Made by a program: the position numbers and the translations under genes
Source of the DNA: Candidatus Poribacteria bacterium
Lineage (GTDB): Bacteria > Poribacteria > WGA-4E > PCPOR2b
Direction of reading: 5' to 3'
Assembly (NCBI GenBank): GCA_965208675.1
Contig: OZ242351.1
Coordinates: forward strand, 2,176,001 to 2,240,000
Length of the DNA: 64,000 bases
In this document: positions 29,811-39,873 of the stretch, piece by piece
Position numbering within the stretch: the first letter of the stretch is position 1
Layout of the letters: each line of letters starts with the position of its first letter
Notes under the pieces: model-generated
The model's database searches: none
Told to the model about the DNA's origin: nothing
The model's input: the letters and a program-made list of their open reading frames with translations, nothing else

Positions 29811-29911
29811 GGGTGGCGTTCATAATGGGCTAACCGCGACGTTGTGAATTTTCTCTCCAATCGTCAATTCACCGGACAGATTTGTAATTCCGATTCAACC
29901 CCACCGATGCG

Positions 29912-30886
29912 TCAGTTCACCTGCATAGCTTTCCGCCATTCAAAACAGCGCACCATCTGATCCGAGTCGACCGGCTCCAATTGGGGCATTTCACTCCTGC
30001 ATTGCTCGGTTGCAAATTCACATCGCGACGCAAAGCGACAACCGTCAGGCATTTGAGTCGGTTCCGGAACACTACCTTGAATTGCGGTTAGGCGGTCAGC
30101 GTTTCCCGTTAATTTAGGAACAGCATTCAGCAACCCCCTTGTATAGGGGTGGTACGCACGTTCAAACAGTTTGTCGACCATTGCGCTCTCGACAACTTGC
30201 CCGGCGTACATGACCAATACTCGGTGCGCTGCCTCTGAAATTACACCGAGATTGTGCGTGATCAACAAGACCGCCATTCCCATATCGTCTTGAAGTTTGC
30301 CGATTAAATCGAGGATTTGCGCTTGAATGGTAACATCAAGTGCAGTTGTGGGTTCGTCAGCAATAAGGAGGGAAGGGTAGCAGGAGATTGCCATTGCAAT
30401 CATGACACGCTGCCGCATGCCGCCGCTCATTTGATGGGGATAATTGTGCACACTTTCTTTGGGAGTGGGAATGCCGACAGCAGCAAGGGATTCTATGCTC
30501 TTTTGCCACGCTGTTTTTTTATCTAGCCCCTGATGACGCCTAATTGCCTCAGAAATCTGATTGCCGACGGTGAATACGGGATTTAGTGAAACCATGGGTT
30601 CCTGGAAGACAATCGAAATCTCATTTCCGCGAATATCGCGCATTTCGGATTCTCTTCGGGCGAGCAGGTTCTCACCGTTCAACCAAATCTCCCCCGCCAC
30701 GATTTTTCCGGGCGGCGGCACAAGACGCAATATCGAAAGTGCGGTCATACTTTTACCGCACCCTGATTCACCGACTATGCCAAGTGTCTCCCCTTTCGCA
30801 AGTGTGAAACTCACGTCATCAACAGCGGGAACAATACCATCATCAGTATCAAAATAGGTTTTCAGGTTATTCACGCGAAGCAGCAT
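29912..30886 (-). CDS. Oligopeptide/dipeptide ABC transporter ATP-binding subunit (OppD/DppD)
   Basis: GESGCGKS, MSGGMRQR, DEPTTALD, HPYT and GCRFASRC motifs. Confidence 0.93.
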   Translation of the reverse strand: MLLRVNNLKTYFDTDDGIVPAVDDVSFTLAKGETLGIVGESGCGKSMTALSILRLVPPPGKIVAGEIWLNGENLLARRESEMRDIRGNEISIVFQEPMVSLNPVFTVGNQISEAIRRHQGLDKKTAWQKSIESLAAVGIPTPKESVHNYPHQMSGGMRQRVMIAMAISCYPSLLIADEPTTALDVTIQAQILDLIGKLQDDMGMAVLLITHNLGVISEAAHRVLVMYAGQVVESAMVDKLFERAYHPYTRGLLNAVPKLTGNADRLTAIQGSVPEPTQMPDGCRFASRCEFATEQCRSEMPQLEPVDSDQMVRCFEWRKAMQVN

Positions 30887-30902
30887 AACTAAATTAGGTC
30901 TT

Positions 30903-30920
30903 ACGCACAACCCAACCTAC
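30903..30920. repeat. REP arm (CAACCCAACCTAC), same family as 52247-52510
   Basis: 13-nt identity with the right arm at 52498-52510. Confidence 0.55.
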
Positions 30921-31455
30921 TTTTACTACATCATTTAGACCGTTTCCAAAAGTGCTCCCATTCGCGAGATTAGGTGCTCGGGGACACTTACTACCATCGG
31001 CAAATTTTTGATTAATTTTAGTATCTACGCTTGCTTCAGAAACGCGTCTAATACTAGCTTCGCGGCATGCCTGGCAGCTGCCTCAATGAGTCGGCCGCGT
31101 TTTGTTTGAAAGTGTCCTTTTGTGTCCTTTTGTGCCCTAAAATCGGAGATTTCACTTTTTTGACCGGTTTTCATAGTTCGGGTTGCAGGCCTGATTTGAT
31201 GCTGCGGCTATCAGGGGCGCCTCGGAATCTGTGCAAAAATAAAATTGTAAAGGCTATAGGTGCAAATCGTTAAATTTATTATAACGTATTTACAACAGCC
31301 AGTCAAGAAGAAGTTCTGTAACAGATGCTCGACGGTTGGTTCGCCGCTCAGGTCAACCTATGAAGAATGTCTGAACTGTGATTTGTGTGTTTGAATGACG
31401 GGCTATGTTTGAGGGAGCACGTAGGCACTCGGTGTTGGCAGGGTTTGTACCTTTA

Positions 31456-31683
31456 GTAGAGCGGTTTTGATGAAATCTGTGGATAATGAGGCATGAAGAT
31501 TGTGTGTTTACTGCGTTAAATTAAATTTTTGTGTGCAGCGAAATACAGCGTTATTCAAATTTCTAGACGCCGGAAAAGCAGTGGGTTTCGCTACGTCTGT
31601 TTTGCCGAGGGTGACGTTAGGGTATTCCGAGTGTGAATTTGCCATTGTTGCGGATGCAGGATTAGCCGCCCTACTCAACCTAC
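31456..31683. repeat. Degenerate REPIN-like element
   Basis: GTAGAGCGG...inner GGAAAAGCAGTGGGTTTCGCT...CCGCCCTACTCAACCTAC mirrors the layout of 52247-52510. Confidence 0.5.
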
Positions 31684-31759
31684 AAGAGCTATATATTAAT
31701 GTTGACGATGTGCACGGACGGTGGAATTTGCGCCTCTGCTTATCCTGTCCTTCAGTTTT

Positions 31760-32563
31760 TCATGCCTGATACCGCCAATCACTTCCTGCCATACAACCGC
31801 CGTCAACGAAGATTACTTCTCCGGTAACGAAATTAGAAGCTTCAGACGCTAGGTAAATTGTCAGTCCGGCGAGATCCGCCGGTTCTCCCCAGCGGTTGGC
31901 AGGTGTACGATTCAAAACCCACCGGTTTCGCGAATCTGCCCGCATCGGTTCGGTGAGTGCGGTTCGGATGAAACCGGGAGCGATGCCGTTGACCTGGATA
32001 TTATGCCTAGCCCATTCCACTGCAAGCAGCTTCGTGATTTGCATCAATCCGCCTTTGGATGCGGCGTACGCCGTGATTGTAGGCAGGCCAATCGCGGAGG
32101 CTAACGACAGATTATTGATAATTTTTCCCGCGTTCTGCTGAATCATGACTTTTCCGCAAGCCTGCGTAAGAAAGAAAGTTCCTTTGAGGTTCACATCTGT
32201 AACCGTATCCCAGTCAGCTTCGGTGTATTCTTCAGCGGGACGGCGCACGTTAATGCCTGCATTGTTTACGAGAACGTCAATCCTACCGAATTGATCCATT
32301 GTCCGCTCAACTATTCGACCGATATCATCGAAATTGCCGACATCAGCTCGAATCGGTATCACCTGACGACCGCTCTCATTCGCTATGCGTCCAGCAATCG
32401 ACTGAAGCGGCTCTAATCTCCTGCCAACAATTAGGAGATTCGAACCCGCCCCGGCGAGACCCTCCGCCATTGCTAATCCGATTCCGCGGCTCGCGCCAGT
32501 AACAATGCTGACTTTATCGTCGAGCCGAAACTTGTCGATTGTTCTGATTGCGGATGATTGCAA
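31760..32563 (-). CDS. SDR oxidoreductase, gluconate 5-dehydrogenase/KduD-like
   Basis: TGASRGIG, NNAG, YAASKGG, VNGIAPGF and VDGG motifs. Confidence 0.9.
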   Translation of the reverse strand: MQSSAIRTIDKFRLDDKVSIVTGASRGIGLAMAEGLAGAGSNLLIVGRRLEPLQSIAGRIANESGRQVIPIRADVGNFDDIGRIVERTMDQFGRIDVLVNNAGINVRRPAEEYTEADWDTVTDVNLKGTFFLTQACGKVMIQQNAGKIINNLSLASAIGLPTITAYAASKGGLMQITKLLAVEWARHNIQVNGIAPGFIRTALTEPMRADSRNRWVLNRTPANRWGEPADLAGLTIYLASEASNFVTGEVIFVDGGCMAGSDWRYQA

Positions 32564-32770
32564 GATGCGCCTTTCTTGTAAAGTAACGTCCTGTGCTATG
32601 ACAGATTATATCACCTTATAGGGATGGGGGCAAACGAAAAGGGCTGAAATCACTTTACGTAGGTTCATCCGTGTGCTACAATAAAACACCGCTGTTTTCG
32701 CCGTAAAAACTGCGCATTAACAGCAATCAACCTGATCTCCCGCTAGCGCGAAAGGACGTAATTCGAACCC

Positions 32771-33379
32771 ATGAAAATCGCCGTCTTAGTCTCTGGCAGC
32801 GGCAGCAATCTACAAGTATTGATTGATCAACTGCACAGAGATACCACGTGTGATATTGAGATTTCCGTCGTGATTAGCGATAAACGAACTGCTTACGCGC
32901 TCACCCGTGCGAGGCAAGCGAACATCCCCACCCATGTTGTAAAGTTACGAGATTTCCCAAATCGCAATGCGTTCGATGCAGAGATTTCAAGAGTTATTGA
33001 CAAGTACGAAGCAGAGCTGATTGTCTTAGCAGGTTTTATGAAGGTGCTTCAGCCGCAGTTTGTGCAAAAGTACCGCAACTGCATCATCAATATCCATCCA
33101 TCGCTGCTGCCAGCCTTCCCGGGCGCACATCCGTTACCCGATGCCCTGGCTTATGGCGTCAAAGTCAGCGGGGCGACCGTGCATTTTGTTGATGAGGGGC
33201 TTGATACCGGTCCTATCATCGCCCAAGTTTCGGTTCCTGTATACGACAGTGATAACGAGGAAAGCCTGCACGCACGAATTCAGATTGAAGAGTATAAAAT
33301 TTACCCGCAAGTGGTGAAATTATGTGCGGAAGGCAAGCTCGAAATCTCCGGTCGAAAGGTCACGGTGAAAGAAACCTAG
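32771..33379 (+). CDS. purN: Phosphoribosylglycinamide formyltransferase
   Basis: SGSGSNLQ, LAGFMK, NIHPSLLP and HFVDEGLDTGPII motifs. Confidence 0.97.
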   Translation: MKIAVLVSGSGSNLQVLIDQLHRDTTCDIEISVVISDKRTAYALTRARQANIPTHVVKLRDFPNRNAFDAEISRVIDKYEAELIVLAGFMKVLQPQFVQKYRNCIINIHPSLLPAFPGAHPLPDALAYGVKVSGATVHFVDEGLDTGPIIAQVSVPVYDSDNEESLHARIQIEEYKIYPQVVKLCAEGKLEISGRKVTVKET

Positions 33380-33380
33380 G

Positions 33381-34289
33381 ATGATAGCAGTTTCGACAAT
33401 GTGGAATGCGACCAATCAACCCGATGGTGCGGCGATGCTTGATGAACTTAAAGCCCTCGGATTTGATGCTATCGAACTGAGCCGACACCTAACAAGGGAG
33501 CAACTCGAACAGCTCAAACCGCATCTGAATCAGATGAAGCCGTGTTCCATCCATAATTTTTGTCCAGTTCTGCCCTATATCCCGCAAGCTGAAGCGGAAA
33601 ATGATCCGGTTCAGTTATCAAGTCTGGATGTGGACGAACGGCAGGAAGCATTGAAGTGGACTACCGAAACAATGGAACTCGCTGTCGATCTTGAGATTCC
33701 GATTGTCGTGCTTCATCTGGGAGAGGTGGACACCCATGATCGGTCTTACCTGATGAGGGATCTGTACGAATACGGGGAACGGGAATTTGAGGCATTTGGC
33801 CGCAAAGTCGAAGAGGCAACCGACTGGCGCAAACGCAAGCAAGCCAAACATCAGGATGCTGCGCTGTTCAGCCTCGACGCCTTAAATGAACTTGCGCTGC
33901 GGATGGACCTCCATCTGGCAGTTGAGAATCGACCGCACTATTATCAAATCCCAAATTTTGATGAGATGGGGATGTTGTTGGAGAAGTTCGAAGGAAGCAA
34001 CATGCGGTATTGGCATGATGTCGGACATGCGGCGCTGCAAGAACGCATTGGGCTCTGTTGGTCGCATCGTTGGCTGGCGGCGTACAAAGACCATCTCATC
34101 GGTGCCAACCTACACGAGCTCAAAGACCTCGAAGCCCACTATCCTCCCGGCTTCGGAGATCTCGAATTCAATGAGATTATGGCGCAGATTCCATCGGATG
34201 TCCTCAAAGTGATCGAAGTCCGGCACGGTCAAGCGGAGGAACTCAAGGAAGCGAGGGAGTTGTGCCAGTCGCTCGTGCAGGAAGGGTGA
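33381..34289 (+). CDS. Sugar phosphate isomerase/epimerase (AP endonuclease 2 TIM barrel)
   Basis: SIHNFCP, VLHLG, VENR, WHDVGHA and H.PPG.G motifs. Confidence 0.85.
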   Translation: MIAVSTMWNATNQPDGAAMLDELKALGFDAIELSRHLTREQLEQLKPHLNQMKPCSIHNFCPVLPYIPQAEAENDPVQLSSLDVDERQEALKWTTETMELAVDLEIPIVVLHLGEVDTHDRSYLMRDLYEYGEREFEAFGRKVEEATDWRKRKQAKHQDAALFSLDALNELALRMDLHLAVENRPHYYQIPNFDEMGMLLEKFEGSNMRYWHDVGHAALQERIGLCWSHRWLAAYKDHLIGANLHELKDLEAHYPPGFGDLEFNEIMAQIPSDVLKVIEVRHGQAEELKEARELCQSLVQEG

Positions 34290-34304
34290 GGCGTAGCCCA
34301 ACCG

Positions 34305-35258
34305 CTAGAACCCCTGATTTCGATTAAATGTGCCCAACATGGGTTCCCCGTTTATCCACCGAGACAAATTTTCCAAAAATTGATCCCAAGTCCGTTCCAG
34401 CCGCACCGGGGATGCGCCCGCGCAGTGCGGTGTGATAACGACGTTTTCCATTCCCCAGAGCGGGTTGTCCGGCGGCAGCGGCTCCTCGGGCACGACATCC
34501 AACCCTGCGCCGGCAATCCAGCCTTCCTGCAGTGCCTCAATTAACCCATCCATGTCCATAATCTGCCCGCGTGTGACGTTAATCAGATATGCTGTCCGTT
34601 TCATCTGCCGTAATGTTTCGCGGTTGAACAACCCTCTCGTCTCCTCAGTCAGCGGCAACCCAATCATCACGACATCGGATTCCCCGAGCAACTTAGGCAG
34701 CTGATCGAGTCCCCAAACCTCCTCTATGAAGTCCGGCGCGGGGACATCAACAACGATGTCAATGGCGAGGACACCCATCCCGAAGGCGTGGGCACGCACC
34801 GCCGCCTCTCTCCCGGTTCCGCCGAATCCGACGACGCCCATGACTTTCCCGTACAACTCCTGGCTTTCATACGGGTAGCCATCCCACTTACGGTGATGCG
34901 CGGCGGGCGCAATGCCGCGAGTCAAGGCAAGCAATAGTCCAAAAGCGTGTTCTGCAAGCGGAATCCCGACGAAGCCTTTGCCCGAGGTGAGCACAACTTC
35001 GCTCTCGACGAATTCAGGGAACAAGAACATATCCACACCGGCGCTGTAGGTCTGCACCCATTTCAATTTTCGCGCCTTCAAGAATAAATCCCGATCGAAG
35101 TTGGGAAAGAGAATCTCGGCATCTTCAACTTCCCGGAGTGACTCCTCTCGCGAGGTGGTGAGCGTTACTTCTATCTTTTGCTCTGGATGTGAGAGCGCGA
35201 ACTGCTGGAGGCGATCCACTAGGTCACGGTTCTGAACTCCTTCGACTAAAATTTTCAT
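34305..35258 (-). CDS. D-2-hydroxyacid dehydrogenase
   Basis: SAGVD, GFGGTG, LINVTRG, GAGLDV.PEEPL and ITPH motifs; ATG at 35258 follows an AAGGAG RBS. Confidence 0.92.
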   Translation of the reverse strand: MKILVEGVQNRDLVDRLQQFALSHPEQKIEVTLTTSREESLREVEDAEILFPNFDRDLFLKARKLKWVQTYSAGVDMFLFPEFVESEVVLTSGKGFVGIPLAEHAFGLLLALTRGIAPAAHHRKWDGYPYESQELYGKVMGVVGFGGTGREAAVRAHAFGMGVLAIDIVVDVPAPDFIEEVWGLDQLPKLLGESDVVMIGLPLTEETRGLFNRETLRQMKRTAYLINVTRGQIMDMDGLIEALQEGWIAGAGLDVVPEEPLPPDNPLWGMENVVITPHCAGASPVRLERTWDQFLENLSRWINGEPMLGTFNRNQGF

Positions 35259-35382
35259 TGCGGTCTCCTTCACGGTTTTTGTCAACGCCGCATTATAACA
35301 GAGATACCGATACGGCTCAACGGAAAACCGTATCACTTCGAGATCGTCCTTGAATCTCAACCACGAAATTGCTATAATTTCA

Positions 35383-35547
35383 CACATGGAAGACTTCTGG
35401 GTACCCTGCGTGAATCGCCACGCAAGCTACGGTCATCGGGAATTTGCCGAGTTTACGGACGTTTACGAGAATGAGTCGGACTTTGGAGCCAAGATCGAAG
35501 CCGAGTTTGACAAAATGATTAATGCCCACGTATTTCACGGGGATTAG
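35383..35547 (+). pseudogene. Probable C-terminal remnant of a type III restriction enzyme Res subunit
   Basis: MEDFWVPCVNRHASYGHREFAEFTDVYENESDF..KIEAEFDKMI resembles the WVPGVN..G.W.FAEF..VY C-terminus of type III Res proteins (recalled, not searched). Confidence 0.5.
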
Positions 35548-35667
35548 TGGGAGCAAGTTGGAATGTCCAATGTGAAGCCTCGCTTTCTTACTGAATCACG
35601 CACTTTACAGATATGCGAAATTAAAATGTCAGATGACATCCTATGACGACGATTGGTACGCTAAACT

Positions 35668-36429
35668 ATGGACTTTCGCCTTGAAGCCGCTAAATACTAC
35701 GATTTACAACCCTTTCCGGATGACGTGCAATTTTATGAAAACTTGATATCTTCCAATACTGTTGATGTGCTTGAACTAGGTTGTGGAACTGGGCGTGTCC
35801 TGTCGCGTCTGGCAAACCGGTGTAGATATATTCATGGTATCGATCAGTCTGAAACCATGCTCGCAATTTGTCACCAATAGCTACAGGAGGCAGGGATTCC
35901 AAGGAAGAAGGCGTACGCTGAAATCGGCGACATTACAGACTTTTGTTTTGGACGTACCTTCGATTTCATCATTGCTCCGTTCCGTGCAATCCAAAACCTT
36001 GAGACTGATGATCAGGTGAATGGACTCTTTAACTGTATTGATAAACACCTAGCACCGCATGGGAACTGTATTCTAAATGCCTTTCACCCATGGCCCCTTG
36101 AGAAATTACGCCATATTTTGACCGCGAGAGAGGAAAAGATTAATTGGGAGGCGACACCTGGTGAGGTCCAGATTACCTGTCATTATAGATTTCGCCACAT
36201 TGATTTTGAGAAACAAGTGCTATATCCTGAATTAATATACCGGAGCTACAAAGACAATACGCTCGACAACGAAACCAACCTCAAAATTATCATGAGATTC
36301 TACTACCCTCGGCAGTTCGAGGATTTGATTGTTAGCCGCGGATTCAAGATTCTCAATCGCTGGGGCGGATATGCCGATGAACCTTACGGGAGTGGACCTG
36401 AACTGGTAATTGAGTTTGGTTTTAGTTAG
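35668..36429 (+). pseudogene. Class I SAM-dependent methyltransferase interrupted by one in-frame TAG (35878-35880)
   Basis: VLELGCGTGR, GIDQS..ML; the frame continues LQEAG...GDITDF...FDFIIAPF into the 36016 ORF. Confidence 0.85.
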
Positions 36430-36608
36430 GGTATGATTCACCCGCATTTGCCGTCGTACCGTAGACCGATGTATGATATAATTTCCTGATCGGAAAACGG
36501 ACGGCGAAATGAATCCTTTTGGGAATTGCTTCGAGGGGTTTCTGGGGGACATTCCCGCTTTCCGCAAGTTTTATTGATGTTTACATTAACGCGTTCAGGA
36601 GGAGAAAT

Positions 36609-38843
36609 TTGAGATTTGGTGTGCGATTATGTGCGTTGGCTTTCGCGGCGTTGATGTGTATACCCATCGCTGCTGACGCCGATGAGGAAGATGACGAAAT
36701 TATTATGCTGGAAGAGATAATGGTTACTGCCCGCAAACGCGAGCAGCGGTCTTTTGAGGTGCCGCTCTCGGTTTCGACGCTGCGGGGCGAAAAAGCCGAC
36801 GCCTTGCGCTCATCCGGACTGGACATACGTTACCTGTCGAACCGCACACCCAGTTTGCAGATGGAATCCTCGTTTGGGCGTGTCTTTCCGCGCTTTTATA
36901 TCCGCGGCCTAGGAAATACGGACTTTGACCTTAACGCGTCGCAGCCGGTTTCTGTCCTCTATGACGGTGTTGTCCTCGAAAATGCACTGTTGAAAGGATT
37001 TCCCGCCTTTGATTTGGAGCGAATAGAGGTATTGCGGGGTCCGCAGGGCACGTTGTTCGGACGCAACACCCCCGCCGGCGCTGTCAAGTTTGAATCGGCA
37101 CGTCCCACGCAGGAATTTGAGGGATACGGCCGGTTTAGTTACGGCCGGTTCAGCAGTAGTAATTTTGAGGCTGCGGTGTCCGGCGCACTCATCCCATCTG
37201 TGCTTTCCACGCGGATTTCACTGCTTGACCAGCGGCGGGATGACTGGATAGAAAACGGGCATACGGATGAAGACAACGCTCTAGGCGGGCATCGTGACTT
37301 AGCAGGCCGGATACAGTTATTATGGACTCCCACACCGGAACTGAAAACTTGGATCAAGGTCCGCCTTCGCGATTTGGACGGCACAGCGCGACTGTTCCGC
37401 GCCAATACCTTGGTGCAGGGGCAAGGCGATCTCGTGGACGATTTTACCCGCGGCCGCATCGCGCACGACGGTCGTAATGAGCAAAATCTGAATACACAAG
37501 GTTTGGCAGCGGAAGTCCGCTACAACATGGGGAACTTCCAACTAGTTTCACTGACAGGGTTGGAGCGGTTGACCATGTTTGCGCGCGGAGACATTGACGG
37601 CGGGTACGGCGCCGTTTTCAGTCCGCCGAGCGGTCCCGGTGAAATTCCCTTTCCTTCCGAAACTGCGTCCGGTATTCCCCAGCTCCGCCAGTTTAGCCAA
37701 GAGGTCCGCCTAGTGAGTATAGCGCCGTACCGCCTCGCCTATCAGTTGGGGCTGTATTATTTCCGCGAGTTTGTGGAGATGGAAGATTTCAATTATAACA
37801 CCTTGACTGGCGGAACCGATGATGGGATGGTGCGACAAGAGCAGGAAGTGACTGCGCGGGCGGCATTTGCGGCGATGACGTACCAATGGAACAAAGACTT
37901 GGAATTGGGCGCCGGTGTACGATTATCTAATGATTTGAAGGACTATACCGCATGGCGAGACACTTCCCCAGCCGTTACGGAGGCAGGTCCCATAGGTCCT
38001 ATCCACCGGAATCCGCAAGACACAGTGTGGAGCGGAGATTTGAGTCTGCGCTACCGGGTCTCGCCTAGCGTGCAGACGTATTTGCGCACTGCACGAGGAT
38101 TTCGTGCGCCGAGCATTCAGGGACGCTTATTGTTTGGCAATGAGGTCACGGTAGCGGATACGGAGACGATTCTCTCCTTCGAAGGAGGCACGAAATTACG
38201 CCTGTGGGAACAGCGGATGCACCTGAATATGGCTGCATTCCATTACTTTATGCAAGATCAGCAACTGACTGCAGTTGGCGGAGAGGCTAATTTCAACCGG
38301 TTGGTGAATGCTGACAGCACTATCGGCCGGGGCGTTGAGGCGGAATTGACCCTTGCACCGATTACAGCGCTTGAAGTTACAGCGGGCCTCAGCTACAATC
38401 ATACGCGAATTGACGATCCGCACTTAGCGATACAGGGCTGCGGAGCTCCCTGTATTATGTTGGATCCGCCCGGTTCCGCCGACGGAACTTACTCCATTAA
38501 CGGCAACAGCCTGCCGCAGGCGCCGGGCTGGATTGCAGATGTGGCGCTGCGCTACGCCCTCGCACTTCCAGGAGGTGCGCACCTCATCGCGTCTACGGAC
38601 TGGGCATACCGCAGCCGCGTGCGGTTCTTTCTTTACGAATCTGTGGAATTTGGCGACGATTGGCTCTTGGACGGAGGTCTCCGCCTCGCTTGCCTATTGC
38701 CATTCGCCGATATGGAAGTGGCATTCGTGGGGCGCAACATCCTCAACGACACGTCACCAACCGGCGGGATTGATTTTAACAATCTGACCAGCTACGTCAA
38801 TGAACCCCGGTTTTGGGGACTGGAAGTGGTGCGGCGATTTTGA
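36609..38843 (+). CDS. TonB-dependent outer-membrane receptor
   Basis: Signal peptide, EEIMVTARKRE TonB box, RIEVLRGPQGTLFGRN plug motif, C-terminal F; TTG start after AGGAGG. Confidence 0.93.
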   Translation: MRFGVRLCALAFAALMCIPIAADADEEDDEIIMLEEIMVTARKREQRSFEVPLSVSTLRGEKADALRSSGLDIRYLSNRTPSLQMESSFGRVFPRFYIRGLGNTDFDLNASQPVSVLYDGVVLENALLKGFPAFDLERIEVLRGPQGTLFGRNTPAGAVKFESARPTQEFEGYGRFSYGRFSSSNFEAAVSGALIPSVLSTRISLLDQRRDDWIENGHTDEDNALGGHRDLAGRIQLLWTPTPELKTWIKVRLRDLDGTARLFRANTLVQGQGDLVDDFTRGRIAHDGRNEQNLNTQGLAAEVRYNMGNFQLVSLTGLERLTMFARGDIDGGYGAVFSPPSGPGEIPFPSETASGIPQLRQFSQEVRLVSIAPYRLAYQLGLYYFREFVEMEDFNYNTLTGGTDDGMVRQEQEVTARAAFAAMTYQWNKDLELGAGVRLSNDLKDYTAWRDTSPAVTEAGPIGPIHRNPQDTVWSGDLSLRYRVSPSVQTYLRTARGFRAPSIQGRLLFGNEVTVADTETILSFEGGTKLRLWEQRMHLNMAAFHYFMQDQQLTAVGGEANFNRLVNADSTIGRGVEAELTLAPITALEVTAGLSYNHTRIDDPHLAIQGCGAPCIMLDPPGSADGTYSINGNSLPQAPGWIADVALRYALALPGGAHLIASTDWAYRSRVRFFLYESVEFGDDWLLDGGLRLACLLPFADMEVAFVGRNILNDTSPTGGIDFNNLTSYVNEPRFWGLEVVRRF

Positions 38844-39064
38844 CCAAAGTACAGGCAATCCTTCAACACTGTGATTATTGGGCATGAAACTGAAAATATG
38901 ACTGGCAAATCTCGTTATAGTCATTTCGGTTCATGTTTATGCAAGGAGTGATCGACTGATTGATAATCGAGGCTAGGAAGCCTCTCCCACAAACCAATTG
39001 GTAAGCGCATAATTTTTAGTCGTAATGGCTATAGCACAGCTTTGACAAATTTCTTGGTGGACAA

Positions 39065-39356
39065 ATGAACAGAGATGAAGTTTTGAAGGTACTCCGGGCG
39101 CACAAAGCGATACTTGCGAAACGCTTTGGCGTAACAAACCTTGCCTTATTCGGCTCAGCCGCGCGTAACGAGATGTCCTCCGACAGCGACATAGACATCT
39201 TGGTTCGTTTCGACCGGCCGGGGACCTCAAAAGCCTACTTCGGCGTGCAATTTTACTTGGAGGACCTGCTGGGGCATCCCAGTCGATCTGGTCACTGACA
39301 AAGCGTTGCGGGTTGAGCTACGCCCTCATGTTGAGCAGGAGGCGATTGATGTGTAG
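39065..39356 (+). pseudogene. MntA-type minimal nucleotidyltransferase antitoxin with a +1 frameshift; HEPN partner absent
   Basis: LFGSAAR and SDIDILV motifs; the shifted frame continues VDLVTDKALRVELRPHVEQEAIDV*. Confidence 0.85.
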
Positions 39357-39434
39357 GTTCGGCCAGAAAACTCACGGCGGACGTTCTTTCTTTTAGCACA
39401 CAATCGTATTCACGATGGGAAATCTTTTCGTAGA

Positions 39435-39687
39435 TTAGAAATCAGCATCAAATGAATTTTCCGGACACGAAATGTAAAACATGACCGACAAATTGCGTTA
39501 CCTGCTCACAGGTGAGCAACAAATAGATTTGTGGTGCACAGATGCAAAACAAATTCGTTTGTTGGACAAAAAACGGGAAATATGTCCGACAAATTGCGAT
39601 ACCTGCTCATGTATGAGCAGCAAATCACTTTATTGCTAACAGATGCACAATAAATTCGTTTGTCGAACAAAAATCGGGAAAAATGTT
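39435..39687. repeat. ~2.5 tandem copies of a 101-bp unit containing palindromes
   Basis: Units start at 39481 and 39582 (ATG(A/T)CCGACAAATTGCG...), next ATG at 39683; a partial copy precedes them. Confidence 0.85.
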
Positions 39688-39813
39688 AAAATATTCCGCT
39701 TTTAAACTAACCGCTGACCTCTCTGTCCGATCGATTAATCCTTCGCGCTTCGTTGGGTTGATTTCTTATCCGGGAGAATCTGAACGCATGTAAATATAAT
39801 TTTAAATGTATAA

Positions 39814-39841
39814 AACCACTAGCCACTGACCACTGGTCACT
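39814..39841. repeat. Four tandem heptamers (NNYCACT)
   Basis: AACCACT AGCCACT GACCACT GGTCACT. Confidence 0.6.
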
Positions 39842-39873
39842 GGGAATTGTTTCTTAATAAGGAGAGTTTCTTA

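Noticed and set aside
32680-32770. ZTP or purine riboswitch upstream of purN
   Set aside because: The leader is short and lacks recognisable consensus elements.
22688-36429. Genome-wide TAG reassignment
   Set aside because: Many intact genes end in TAG at their expected C-termini (cupin, M16C copy 1, purN, both WD40 genes, permease).
39435-39687. CRISPR array
   Set aside because: The whole 101-bp unit is repeated, there are no unique spacers, there are only ~2.5 copies and no cas genes.
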